Shown here piece by piece: positions 21,662-30,780 of a DNA stretch of 55,422 nucleotides. The stretch comes from Bradyrhizobium sp. (GTDB lineage Bacteria; Pseudomonadota; Alphaproteobacteria; Rhizobiales; Xanthobacteraceae), in assembly GCF_049512235.1 (NCBI RefSeq), contig NZ_JBEKXH010000001.1, forward strand, positions 1-55,422. The letters are read 5' to 3'. Below the pieces are notes generated by a model. That model saw only the letters and a list, made by a program, of their open reading frames with translations, was not told where the DNA came from and made no database searches. The stretch's first letter is position 1, and every line of letters starts with the position of its first letter. A program made the position numbers and the translations under genes.

Positions 21662-22144
21662 TCAGGCAGCAGCGGTGAGCTTGCCGACAGCGTCTGGAGT
21701 TGGACAAAGGAGGCGCCGACGGATGGCTTCCTCAACGAGCGCGAGCGCTTGCTTGGCCTCACGTGCGTCGGCTTCGGCCGCTTGCGCACGGAACTCCACC
21801 GCCGTCAGCCTATCTTCGGCGGCTTCGATACGCGATTGAGCCTGCGTTAAGGCTCGAGACGCGTCCTGCAGCTTGCACTCGGCCTCCGTGATCAGTTCAC
21901 GTCGCGCCCGCTCGACAGCTTCGATTCGAGTTTCGACAAGCTTCAATCTTTCCAAGGCGCTCTTGCACAGCGCCAGGGCGCGCGCCTCGGTCTCTTGGGC
22001 TTGATCCTCGATCCCGCGGAAAACCTCGGCGGCTTGATATACGAGATTGAGAGCTGTCTCACCGCCAGCGGGTGTGGATCGCCGAGCAAAGCTTGGGACG
22101 TCCTCGCCCCTGTCCGCCAATGCCCTCAGATAGCGCTGCGCCAT
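21662..22144 (-). CDS. Coiled-coil hypothetical protein
   Basis: Ala/Glu/Arg-rich heptad helix (ALNLVYQAAEVFRGIED...RAQAAEADAREAKQAL). Start uncertain; the ORF is open to 22348. Confidence 0.6.
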   Translation of the reverse strand: MAQRYLRALADRGEDVPSFARRSTPAGGETALNLVYQAAEVFRGIEDQAQETEARALALCKSALERLKLVETRIEAVERARRELITEAECKLQDASRALTQAQSRIEAAEDRLTAVEFRAQAAEADAREAKQALALVEEAIRRRLLCPTPDAVGKLTAAA

Positions 22145-22387
22145 GTAGTTCAAGATCCTCTTCGGGCGACCACCGCTAGGACTATCAACAGTGTTGGTAA
22201 AAGGAGAGTTAAGCCCGAGGGAACAGCGTAGCTCCCTCCGGTACCCTGCTAAGCGGTTGCCCTCGCAAATCCCCGCGTGGCCCGCGAGGAAAATCGGATT
22301 GTCATTTGAAATGTATGAGCGGAAGCGGCGGATCGTAAACCCGACCACTGGCGAGGCGACGATTTAAAGCTGATATATTGGTTGCGC

Positions 22388-22464
22388 TGGTACAGTTGGG
22401 TGGGCTCGAACCACCGACCTCCTGTTCCACAGACAGGCGCTCTAACCAACTGAGCTACAACTGC
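22388..22464 (-). tRNA. tRNA-His (GTG)
   Basis: GCAGTTGTAGCTCAGTTGGTTAGAGCGCCTGTCTGTGGAACAGGAGGTCGGTGGTTCGAGCCCACCCAACTGTACCA folds as a cloverleaf with anticodon arm CCTGT-CT GTG GA-ACAGG, TTCGA T-loop and encoded CCA. Confidence 0.97.
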
Positions 22465-22720
22465 ATCCTCGGGCAACCCATAGGGAGCACCGAACGGGCG
22501 GAAACTAGGTGCAACGGCAAGCTTTGGCAAGGCCGCGGGATGGCCTGCGAATGGCCAGCGCGGCGTCGATTTCCGCGCCGCACGGCAGGTCCGGATGCCT
22601 GCCATCGCGGGCGGGGAAAGCCCTGCCCCGACCTCACAATCAATGGGGTCCCAGGTTTCGCGGCGAGAGCGCCATTTCGTCGTGCATCGAAGTCCATGCG
22701 GCCGGCGGTAGTCAAAAGTC

Positions 22721-22746
22721 AAAAGCCCGGGCTGATGGCCCGGGCT
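22721..22746 (-). terminator. Rho-independent terminator downstream of phasin
   Basis: Minus strand AGCCCGGGC-CATCA-GCCCGGGCT running into TTTT. Confidence 0.65.
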
Positions 22747-22814
22747 CTCAAAAAAATGGCAACGCTTTCGTCTATTCAACTAAAGCTTGCTCTCGCAAGC
22801 GAGGCTGGCTTGGC

Positions 22815-23249
22815 TTAAGCCGCCGGCTTGAACAGCTTCGACGCACTGGCCTTGATCGGCTCGACGGTATCGGTCGTTACCTTCTGGCTCAATTCGGCGA
22901 GCTGCTTGGTCTGGGCGGTCAAGGTCTCGAACTGCTTGCGGGCGTGAGAGGTCCACAATTCCATCGCCTCGGAGGGCGACTTGACGCTGAACAGCTGCTG
23001 CGCGAAGTCGAGACTCGCCGTGGCATTGGCTTTCATCATTTCCATCAACTTGGCCGTGTATTCGCTGGCGCCCTTGCTGGCGGTGGTGAACACAGCTTCG
23101 ACAGTGCCGTTATGGGTCTCGGCGGCATCCTTGAACTTGGCGTATTGATCACGGGCCTGCGAAACGCCCTTCTCGGCGAACGCACGCACTTGCTCGGGAA
23201 CCTCGAACGGAATGATCGAGGCAGAAAACGGATCGGTTGGATTGGCCAT
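22815..23249 (-). CDS. phaP: Phasin (PHA granule protein)
   Basis: PFEVPEQVRAFAEKGVSQARDQY...VKSPSEAMELWTSHARKQFETLTAQTKQL is the rhizobial phasin signature. Confidence 0.9.
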   Translation of the reverse strand: MANPTDPFSASIIPFEVPEQVRAFAEKGVSQARDQYAKFKDAAETHNGTVEAVFTTASKGASEYTAKLMEMMKANATASLDFAQQLFSVKSPSEAMELWTSHARKQFETLTAQTKQLAELSQKVTTDTVEPIKASASKLFKPAA

Positions 23250-23423
23250 GGCAAACATCCTTCGCAGCCGGGGGTGAATCGATGTGACCGGTTGCGCGCC
23301 CTGCACCCCACATGCCGGAAAACGTCAACCTGGATCACGAACTTGGATCACTTCAGTGGGAACGCACTCGATCGGACACCCGACGTCGCCCGTCCAACAC
23401 TGCACATTTATATAGCGGCTGCT

Positions 23424-23440
23424 TTGTGCAATGCAATGCA
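23424..23440 (-). promoter_or_regulatory. Putative PhaR-binding box (overlapping TGC-N3-GCA units)
   Basis: Minus strand TGCATTGCATTGCACAA contains TGCATTGCACAA, which matches TGCRNYGCASMA; upstream of the phasin at 22815-23249. Confidence 0.6.
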
Positions 23441-23544
23441 ATTTAAGGTGCAATGCCGCATGGCAGATCTGGTGGAGACGCGCGTGAACACCCTCGCAGG
23501 TTGTGATACGGTCCCGCGTTTGAGATATAATTATTTGATAAAGC

Positions 23545-23928
23545 TCAGCTTTTCGGCTTGGCCGCTTCCATCGCCGCCAAGCTGACCGCTTGGCCGATTT
23601 CGCTGGCCTGTTCCGCCAGTGAGCGCATCTGCGATTGCACGTATTCGCTGTGCAGCCGCATCACTTCGGTCAGGTCCTTGGCGTGCAGCAGCGACTGGGC
23701 ATAGTCCAATGATGCCTGTACGTTCTTTTCGGCATAGGAGATCGCCTTGCTGCTGATGTCCTTGGCGCTGGCGCGAACCGTCGCCCCCCGCTCCTCGATC
23801 ACCCCCGCGGTCTGCTGCGCGCCGGCCAGGAACTTCTCGAAGGCTTTGCGCGCCTGCTCGAAGCTCGCCTCCGCCGCTGAGCGCATTTCCTTGGGAATCT
23901 CAAAACGGTCATGTCCATCTTCACTCAT
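23545..23928 (-). CDS. phaP: Phasin (PHA granule protein)
   Basis: RFEIPKEMRSAAEASFEQARKAF...AEKNVQASLDYAQSLLHAKDLTEVMRLHSEYVQSQM. Confidence 0.9.
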   Translation of the reverse strand: MSEDGHDRFEIPKEMRSAAEASFEQARKAFEKFLAGAQQTAGVIEERGATVRASAKDISSKAISYAEKNVQASLDYAQSLLHAKDLTEVMRLHSEYVQSQMRSLAEQASEIGQAVSLAAMEAAKPKS

Positions 23929-24425
23929 GATCCCACTCCTGTTGCTGTTACGCCGGGGTCATCGCCCACCTCCGCCCAACCAGAACTATCGACAAAAGAC
24001 TTCGACGGTGTGACGCGGCCGCTCGCACATTCGCTATCGTGAACCTTTGATCGTCATTTGCAACAACCCAACGCCAAACGGCCTATCAAGGTTCAGCAGG
24101 GTTAAGGTTATCGTGGCTTTGGATCGCCAAGCGGCTGCCAGGCCGTGGACCTGCTCCCTGCCGCGGGCGATACTCGCGGGTGCGTCAAGGTTGTGATCGC
24201 CTGGCCGCCACGCCATCGTCGAACAAGCGCCAAACCTGTGCGAATAGATTGGCCGTTCCTGCTCGGCAGGCCGCACACGCGTTGAGGGGACTTTCAAATC
24301 AGCAACCGCACTGCCATGAAAACGTTTCTCTGGATGGCCCCTCTGATTCCGACCTTGGTGTCGAAGGGTACCGCCAGAACAAAGCGAATTTCGGGATTGG
24401 GATACGGCTCGGTCATGTCATCCCT

Positions 24426-27400
24426 ATGAATAAGGTGGAATCCCAGTTGCGGGGCGTCGGCGATCCGCGACTGGCGGAGCATGCGACCAGCGCCCTGCCC
24501 GCGTGGCTATGGTCGGTCGACGGCGCGCGGATGTTGTGGGCCAATCCGGTCGGCGCCGGGGTGTTCGGCGCGACCAATGGCGCGTGTCTCGCCGAAAGGA
24601 TTTTCAGTCCGGCGGACCCGCAGCGGCGGCAGGTGGCGCACCTTGCAGGGAGGCTGCCACCTTCAGGCGCCATCCGGCTCGAGCGGCTGCGCGGCTTCGG
24701 CGCGCCCCCCGGCATGCTTGCAACCTGCAGCTGTTCCCGGCTTGATTTTGCCGACGGCAAGAGCGGCATTCTGGTTGCGGCCACCCAGGCCACGGGACGA
24801 GCGATGCCGCTGCTCGAGCGGCTGCAGCGCCTGGTTGATGGCATCGAAGCGCCGATCGCCGCGTTCGCGCGTGACGGCCTGTTTGTCGGCGCCAACGCCG
24901 CCGCGCGTCCGCTGCTCGGCTTTCGCTCTCTCTCCGAGGCCGGCCTCGACCAGGCGCGCATTGACGCGCTGAAGCAGGGCCGCGTCGAAATACCGGTCGG
25001 CATCGGCCACATGGTGCTGCAGCGCGTAGGTCGCGGCGCGGATGTCGGTCTGGTTGCGCTGATCCGCCCGGTGCCGGCCGTGGAGATTCGGCAGAACGCG
25101 TTCGCCTGGCGGCAAGCGGATGCGGTCGAACCAGCGCGCGAGCCGGTGGCGGAGCGGCCGACATCTGACTACGAGCTGCCCGCGACGTCGGGCGAGGCGC
25201 CGGCCGCGTTTGCATTGTTCGACGAGTTCACAGAAGCGCCTGCGGAGGCGGCCACCGGAGAACCCATCGCGGTCCAGCCGCCTGAGCTTGAACGGCAGGC
25301 GGCGTCGCCGATTGACCCGCCCGGCGAGGAAGCCCCCGTCAACATATCGCCGGAAACCGCGGCGGCTGCAAGCGAAGCGCCTGCCAATGAGCCTTCGCCC
25401 TACATCGAGGCCACGGCCGATGAACCAACTTCGCCGTCCGCCGCGGAGCCGCAACTCGAGGCCGAGATATTGGCCTCATCCACGATGGTGCCGCTGTCCG
25501 CGAAGGCGCCATCCGGGCTCGACCCGCCCTCGCCGAACCTGCGCCGGCACCCGCTGCGCTTCATGTGGCAGATGGATCCCGAAGGCCGCTTCTCGCTCGG
25601 CTCCGATGAATTCGCCCGCCTGATCGGCGCGCGTACCGCGGCGGGCTTCGGCCGGCTGTGGAACGAAATCGCCACGGCGTTCGGGCTCGATCCCGACGGC
25701 AGGGTCACTGCTGCGGTCGCCACCCGCAACACCTGGAGCGGGATCACCCTGTACTGGCCCGTCGATGGCGGCGGCCGGCTGCCGGTTGAACTATCCGGTT
25801 TGCCGATCTACGACCGGGTGCGGAATTTTGCCGGCTACCGAGGTTTTGGCGTTTGCCGCGATCTTGACAGCCTGACCCGGCTTGCCGCGCTGCGCCGTTT
25901 TGAATTATTCGTCAGCCCGCCGGCACCGCGGACTCTCTCGGCCGACATTGTTCTGGGTGACCATGCGGGTCAGTCAGAGCTTGCCCCGCATCCGCCGCTG
26001 GTCGCGGACCAGCCCGCAACACCAACTGCAACGTCGTCCAGTATGCCTGAAGCGCTTGACCCGGTTGCTCCCGAGCCTTCCCTGCCAACCGATATGGAAA
26101 CATCCGTGGAAACCCCCAAGAACGTGCTGCCGTTTCGGCCGCCCGGTGAATCAAGGCAGCCTGTACTGACGGCGGTCGAAAACAACGCCTTCAACGAGCT
26201 CGCCCGGCAATTGTCGGAGCGGCTCGATGGCGACAGCGCTGCCACGCCGCCGCCAACGCCTGACGCGACCGATGCCATTGTCGAGCAGCCGCCAACGCCC
26301 CAACCGGCCAGCACGCAACCGGCCTGGCTGGTGCAGCCCGAGCCGCCCGCGCGCGGGGAAACCGGGCGCGACCGGACGCTGCTCGATCTCTTGCCGCTGG
26401 GCGTCCTGATTTATCGGCTTGACCGGCTGCTCTATGCCAACCCTGCGTTTCTGGCGCGGATGGGCCATGGCAGCCTGCATGCGCTGGAACAGGCCGGCGG
26501 TCTCGACGCCCTCTATGTCGAGCCCGGCGTCTCAACCGCAAGCAGCACCTCGGACACCGGCACGCCGGTGACGATTTCTGCCAGCCAGGCTTCGCCGGAA
26601 AACACCGCCCCGGCGCCGGCCGCCGCCCGTCTCTATACGATTTCATGGGACGGCGATTCCGCGCTGGCCCTGATTTTCTCTGGAACCGGAGCGGAAGGCG
26701 TGGTCGCCGCCGCGTTGCCGAATCCGGTCCCGGCGGCCGCTCCGCCGGCCGCCGGCCACGCCGATGCCGAGGAACTCGGCACCATCCTCGACACCACAGC
26801 CGAAGGCATCGTGATCTTCGACGCCGAGGGCAACATCCATTCATGCAATCGCAGCGCCGAAGCGCTGTTCGGCTATGACGGCAACGAGCTTGCGCAATGC
26901 AATCTCTCCGAGCTGTTCGCGCCCGAGAGCCAATGCCTGGCCCGCGACTATCTGGAGAGCATCAAGGGCGCGAATATTTCCAGCCTGCTCGAACACGGCC
27001 GGGAACTTTTGGGCCGGGTACGGCAGGGCGGCCTGATCCCGCTGTCGCTGACCATGGGACGGACCCGGCCCGATGGTCCGAATTTCTTCGCGGTGTTTCG
27101 CGATCTGTCGCAGAGCAAAAAGAACGAGAGCGAACTGCAGCAAATGCGGCGGCTGGCGGATCGCGCCGCGAACGCCAAGACGGACTTGCTGGCGCGGATC
27201 AGCCACGAGGTCCGCACCCCGCTCAACGCCATCATCGGTTTTGCCGAAGTGATGATCAGCGAACGGTTCGGCGCGCTCGGCAACGCGCGCTACGTCGAAT
27301 ACATGAAGGATATCCGCGCCTCCGGCGAGCGCGTGATCGCCATCATCTCCGACCTGCTCGATCTCTCAAGGGTCGAGACCGGCAGGCTGGACCTCGCCTT

Positions 27401-27869
27401 TGCCAACCAGAACCTCAACGATCTGGTCGAACAATGCGTGGCGGTGATGCAGCCCCAGGCCAACCGCGAACGCATCATCATCAGGACCTCGCTGGCGCAC
27501 ATGCTGCCGCCCGTCGTCGCCGATGCGCCAGCGTTGCGCCAGATCGCCTTGAACCTGATCGGCAACTCGATCCATCTTGCCAATGCCGGCGGCCAGGTCA
27601 TCGTCTCCACCGCCTTGTCGGATTTTGGCGAAGTCGTGTTGCGGGTCCGCGATACCGGCCATGGGCTCAACGACCGGGAAGTCGCGGCCGCGTTGGAGCC
27701 GTTCCGGACCCAGGCGCCGCCGGATCAGACCACCGACGGCGCCGCCGTCAATCTGTCGCTGACCAAGGCGCTGGTCGAGGCCAACCGCGCGCAGTTCCAC
27801 ATCAAGACGGCCCCGCATTCCGGCACCCTGATCGAGGTGGTATTTTCCCACGCGCTGGCGGGGGCATAA
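24426..27869 (+). CDS. Large cytoplasmic PAS sensor histidine kinase, PdhS/CbrA (PleC-DivJ) family
   Basis: PAWLWSVDGARMLWAN N-terminus, PLRFMWQMDPEGRF and LSGLPIYDR..FAGYRGFG PAS regions, H-box ISHEVRTPLNAIIGFAEVM, LTKALVEANRA. Start ATG 24426; the ORF is open from 24180. Confidence 0.85.
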   Translation: MNKVESQLRGVGDPRLAEHATSALPAWLWSVDGARMLWANPVGAGVFGATNGACLAERIFSPADPQRRQVAHLAGRLPPSGAIRLERLRGFGAPPGMLATCSCSRLDFADGKSGILVAATQATGRAMPLLERLQRLVDGIEAPIAAFARDGLFVGANAAARPLLGFRSLSEAGLDQARIDALKQGRVEIPVGIGHMVLQRVGRGADVGLVALIRPVPAVEIRQNAFAWRQADAVEPAREPVAERPTSDYELPATSGEAPAAFALFDEFTEAPAEAATGEPIAVQPPELERQAASPIDPPGEEAPVNISPETAAAASEAPANEPSPYIEATADEPTSPSAAEPQLEAEILASSTMVPLSAKAPSGLDPPSPNLRRHPLRFMWQMDPEGRFSLGSDEFARLIGARTAAGFGRLWNEIATAFGLDPDGRVTAAVATRNTWSGITLYWPVDGGGRLPVELSGLPIYDRVRNFAGYRGFGVCRDLDSLTRLAALRRFELFVSPPAPRTLSADIVLGDHAGQSELAPHPPLVADQPATPTATSSSMPEALDPVAPEPSLPTDMETSVETPKNVLPFRPPGESRQPVLTAVENNAFNELARQLSERLDGDSAATPPPTPDATDAIVEQPPTPQPASTQPAWLVQPEPPARGETGRDRTLLDLLPLGVLIYRLDRLLYANPAFLARMGHGSLHALEQAGGLDALYVEPGVSTASSTSDTGTPVTISASQASPENTAPAPAAARLYTISWDGDSALALIFSGTGAEGVVAAALPNPVPAAAPPAAGHADAEELGTILDTTAEGIVIFDAEGNIHSCNRSAEALFGYDGNELAQCNLSELFAPESQCLARDYLESIKGANISSLLEHGRELLGRVRQGGLIPLSLTMGRTRPDGPNFFAVFRDLSQSKKNESELQQMRRLADRAANAKTDLLARISHEVRTPLNAIIGFAEVMISERFGALGNARYVEYMKDIRASGERVIAIISDLLDLSRVETGRLDLAFANQNLNDLVEQCVAVMQPQANRERIIIRTSLAHMLPPVVADAPALRQIALNLIGNSIHLANAGGQVIVSTALSDFGEVVLRVRDTGHGLNDREVAAALEPFRTQAPPDQTTDGAAVNLSLTKALVEANRAQFHIKTAPHSGTLIEVVFSHALAGA

Positions 27870-27980
27870 GGCCGCAGGCGGCAAAAACCAGCACCCGCGC
27901 GCCATGATTTGCGCTCGCGCAAAGTACGGCGTCCGGTTCTGGGCGATGCTGACTCGTCGCGTAATCATCGGAGCCGGCGT

Positions 27981-28190
27981 ATGAGTCTGTACCTTTCGAA
28001 CCTCGTGGCCTGGATGTTCGGCATCGGCGGCCATATCTCCCGAGGCAGCGATTTCGGCGCTGGCCGGGGCCGTTCGTCAGCTGCCGCCAACCGCACGCCG
28101 CTACGGGTGCTGGCAGTGGGCTTCTTGGCCGCCGCGTTGCTGCTGCTGGCGCTTTGGACGGCCGTCTGGCTCACGATTCAACTGCTTTGA
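27981..28190 (+). CDS. Small membrane hypothetical protein
   Basis: 69 aa with a C-terminal hydrophobic helix VLAVGFLAAALLLLALWTAVWLTIQLL; GGAG upstream. Confidence 0.5.
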   Translation: MSLYLSNLVAWMFGIGGHISRGSDFGAGRGRSSAAANRTPLRVLAVGFLAAALLLLALWTAVWLTIQLL

Positions 28191-28436
28191 GCGACCGGCC
28201 ATGGCCTTGGGGCCATGGCGATTGACGGCTCATGGCACCGGATTGCTCCATAAACGATTCTCCGCCGCGGGTGAATGATAATGGCCTTGCCCAGAACGAC
28301 GTGGGAGGCGCTGGCGATGTCGTAGACGCGCACAACCTCTAAGTAACATGCCATTGTCTTGCAACCTTAGCCAAAACGGTAAATGGTATTGGAGAGCCGA
28401 GAGCACCGGCTCGACGAAACACAGGGGAGGAGTGCA

Positions 28437-29735
28437 ATGACCAGAAACCGGACACGGTTGCGCACCGCAGTCGGCATCTTGGCAGCGGCGATGCTTGTAA
28501 CCGACGCATACGCAATAGAAGGCGGGCAAGGGGACGGGGCGGTCCGTCTGCTGACGACGGTTCCCATTCCTGGAACCGCGGCGAACACGACGGCCGGCAA
28601 TATGTACGTGTTCGATATCAGCTTCGTCGATCAGGCGACGCAGACCTATTATCTTGCCGATCGATCCAACGCCGTCATAGATGTCGTCAATGCACGAACC
28701 AGCCAGCTGATCTCCCAGATCAGTGCCACGCCGCCATTCAGGGGATTTAGCGGGAACAACGCCACCTCGGGGCCGAACGGTGTTGCGGCGGCCTTTCCGT
28801 GGCTCTTTGCGGGCGACGCCAACAGCCGCGTGGTCGCGATCGATCTGCGCAACGGCCATACGGTGGGCGAAGTGTCGACCGGCGGCGCAGCGGGCTTCCG
28901 CGCGGACGAACTTTCATATGATCCCAGAGATGGACTGCTGTTTGCCGTCAACAACGCCGACACGCCACCCTTTGGAACGCTGATCAGCGTCAACCGGACG
29001 ACCGGCGCCCTGACCGTCGTCAAGCGCGTGACTTTTGATATCGCGCACACCGGGGTCGACGCGACCAATGGCGCCGAACAATCGGTGTGGGAGCCGGTGA
29101 CGGGCAAGTTCTATCTGTCGATCCCGCAGATTGGCCCCAATGCCAAGGATGGGGCCGTCATCCGGATATCGACGGCCGGCACGGTGGAAGCACAATATCC
29201 GATCGAGTTCTGCCAGCCGGCAGGCCTGACCCTCGGCCCCAACCTCGATCTGCTCGCGAACTGCAGCACGGTTTTTGACACCGCGGGCAATGTCTGGGAT
29301 CCGACGATGAACGTGACCGCGGCGCCGATCCAGGTCATTCTCGACGCCCGGACGGGTCACATTGACACCATCGTGCCCGGCGTCGGTGCTGGCGACGAGG
29401 CATGGTTCAATCCAGGCGACGGCAATTACTACACGGCCTCCTCGGCCAGCCCGTTGCGCCCGACCGAGGTCATCAGCGGCCCGCCGCTGACAGCTCAGGG
29501 TGCCGCGGTTCTCGGCGTGATCGATGCACGCGATCAGGTCCTCACACAACTGGTGCCCACCTTCAACGTGCCCGCGGTCACCACGGCCCCCGGCGCGCAT
29601 GCCGCGAGCACCGCCCATTCGGTTGCCGCCAATGCCGGCAACAACCACGTGTTTATTCCGCTGGGTGCAAATAATGCGTATCCGAATTGCCTGACCGGAT
29701 GCATCGCCGTCTTCGGAAGAGGCGACATCGACTGA
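28437..29735 (+). CDS. Secreted YncE/YVTN-like beta-propeller protein
   Basis: RBS GGAGG and signal peptide; blade-like repeats FDISFVD..YYLADRSN.VIDVV, RADELSYDP..LLFAVNN, EQSVWEP..KFYLSIP, GDEAWFNPGDGNYY, AHSVAA. Confidence 0.75.
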   Translation: MTRNRTRLRTAVGILAAAMLVTDAYAIEGGQGDGAVRLLTTVPIPGTAANTTAGNMYVFDISFVDQATQTYYLADRSNAVIDVVNARTSQLISQISATPPFRGFSGNNATSGPNGVAAAFPWLFAGDANSRVVAIDLRNGHTVGEVSTGGAAGFRADELSYDPRDGLLFAVNNADTPPFGTLISVNRTTGALTVVKRVTFDIAHTGVDATNGAEQSVWEPVTGKFYLSIPQIGPNAKDGAVIRISTAGTVEAQYPIEFCQPAGLTLGPNLDLLANCSTVFDTAGNVWDPTMNVTAAPIQVILDARTGHIDTIVPGVGAGDEAWFNPGDGNYYTASSASPLRPTEVISGPPLTAQGAAVLGVIDARDQVLTQLVPTFNVPAVTTAPGAHAASTAHSVAANAGNNHVFIPLGANNAYPNCLTGCIAVFGRGDID

Positions 29736-29767
29736 ACCGCCGAAAGACAGGCAAACAAAGCCACTCA

Positions 29768-29801
29768 CGGCAGGTCGCGGTCAAACGGCCGCGACCTGCC
29801 G
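29768..29801. terminator. GC-rich hairpin between convergent genes
   Basis: CGGCAGGTCGCGGTC-AAAC-GGCCGCGACCTGCCG forms a 15-bp stem. Confidence 0.55.
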
Positions 29802-29808
29802 CAGACCT

Positions 29809-30780
29809 TCAGCGGAAATGGCAGGCGACCCAATGTCCATCGGAACTTGGCTTGAGGGCCGGGGTCTCGCTGCTGCATAACGGAAACTTGGCGATCGGGC
29901 AGCGGGTGTGAAAATGGCAGCCGGAGGGCGGCTGAATTGGACTGGGAACCTCGCCTTGCAATCGGATGCGCTGCCGCTTCACTTTTGGATCCGGAATCGG
30001 AACCGCCGACAACAGCGCTTCGGTATAGGGATGCAGCGGCGAGGTATAAAGCTCGCGCGCGGGCGCGGTCTCGACGATGCGGCCGAGATACATCACCGCC
30101 ACGCGCCTGCTGATATGCTCGACGACCGACAGATCGTGGGCGATGAAGAGGTAAGCGAGCCCGAATTTCTGCTGCAGGTCCTCCAGCAAATTGATGACCT
30201 GGGCCTGGATCGAGACATCCAGTGCCGACACCGGCTCATCGCAGACAATGAGCTTGGGTTCGACGGCGAGCGCGCGGGCGATACCGATGCGCTGGCGTTG
30301 ACCGCCGGAAAACTCGTTCGGATAGCGTCCCATGTGATCGGCCTGCAGGCCGACGGTTTCGAGCAGATCCACGACACGCTCTTCAAACTGCCGTCTGGTT
30401 TTCGTCAACTGGTGAATGATCAGGGCCTCGCCGACGATCGCGCCCACATTCATGCGCGGATCGAGCGACGCATAAGGGTCTTGAAAGATGATCTGGATGT
30501 CACGGCGCAGGATGCGAAGCGCGGCTGCATCGAGCGATCCGACATTCTTGCCTGCAAAATGGATCTCGCCCGAGGTCGGTTCGATGAGGCGAAGCACGCA
30601 ACGCCCGGTGGTCGATTTACCGCAACCGGACTCGCCGACCAGCCCGAGGGTTTCGCCGCGGTCGATGTGAAAATCGACACCGTCGACCGCATGGACGCTG
30701 CCAGCCTGACGGCCGAACCAGCCGCCCTTGAGCGGAAATTCCTTGGTCAGATCTGAGACCCTGAGCAACGGCTCACTCAT
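29809..30780 (-). CDS. Oligo/dipeptide ABC transporter ATP-binding protein (OppF/DppF-like)
   Basis: [27 protein letters not shown]-terminal GCHFHTRCP...VACH. Confidence 0.93.
   Translation of the reverse strand: MSEPLLRVSDLTKEFPLKGGWFGRQAGSVHAVDGVDFHIDRGETLGLVGESGCGKSTTGRCVLRLIEPTSGEIHFAGKNVGSLDAAALRILRRDIQIIFQDPYASLDPRMNVGAIVGEALIIHQLTKTRRQFEERVVDLLETVGLQADHMGRYPNEFSGGQRQRIGIARALAVEPKLIVCDEPVSALDVSIQAQVINLLEDLQQKFGLAYLFIAHDLSVVEHISRRVAVMYLGRIVETAPARELYTSPLHPYTEALLSAVPIPDPKVKRQRIRLQGEVPSPIQPPSGCHFHTRCPIAKFPLCSSETPALKPSSDGHWVACHFR

Noticed and set aside
22509-23585. 358-aa plus-strand ORF
   Set aside because: It is antisense to the phasin genes and spans a terminator and regulatory DNA.
24180-24425. 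Extra 82 N-terminal codons of the PdhS-like kinase
   Set aside because: Family-like sequence begins only near ATG 24426; the region looks like the divergent promoter gap.
28233-28247. Sigma54-like TGGCAC...TTGC upstream of the beta-propeller gene
   Set aside because: GG-to-GC spacing is 9 nt rather than the strictly required 10.
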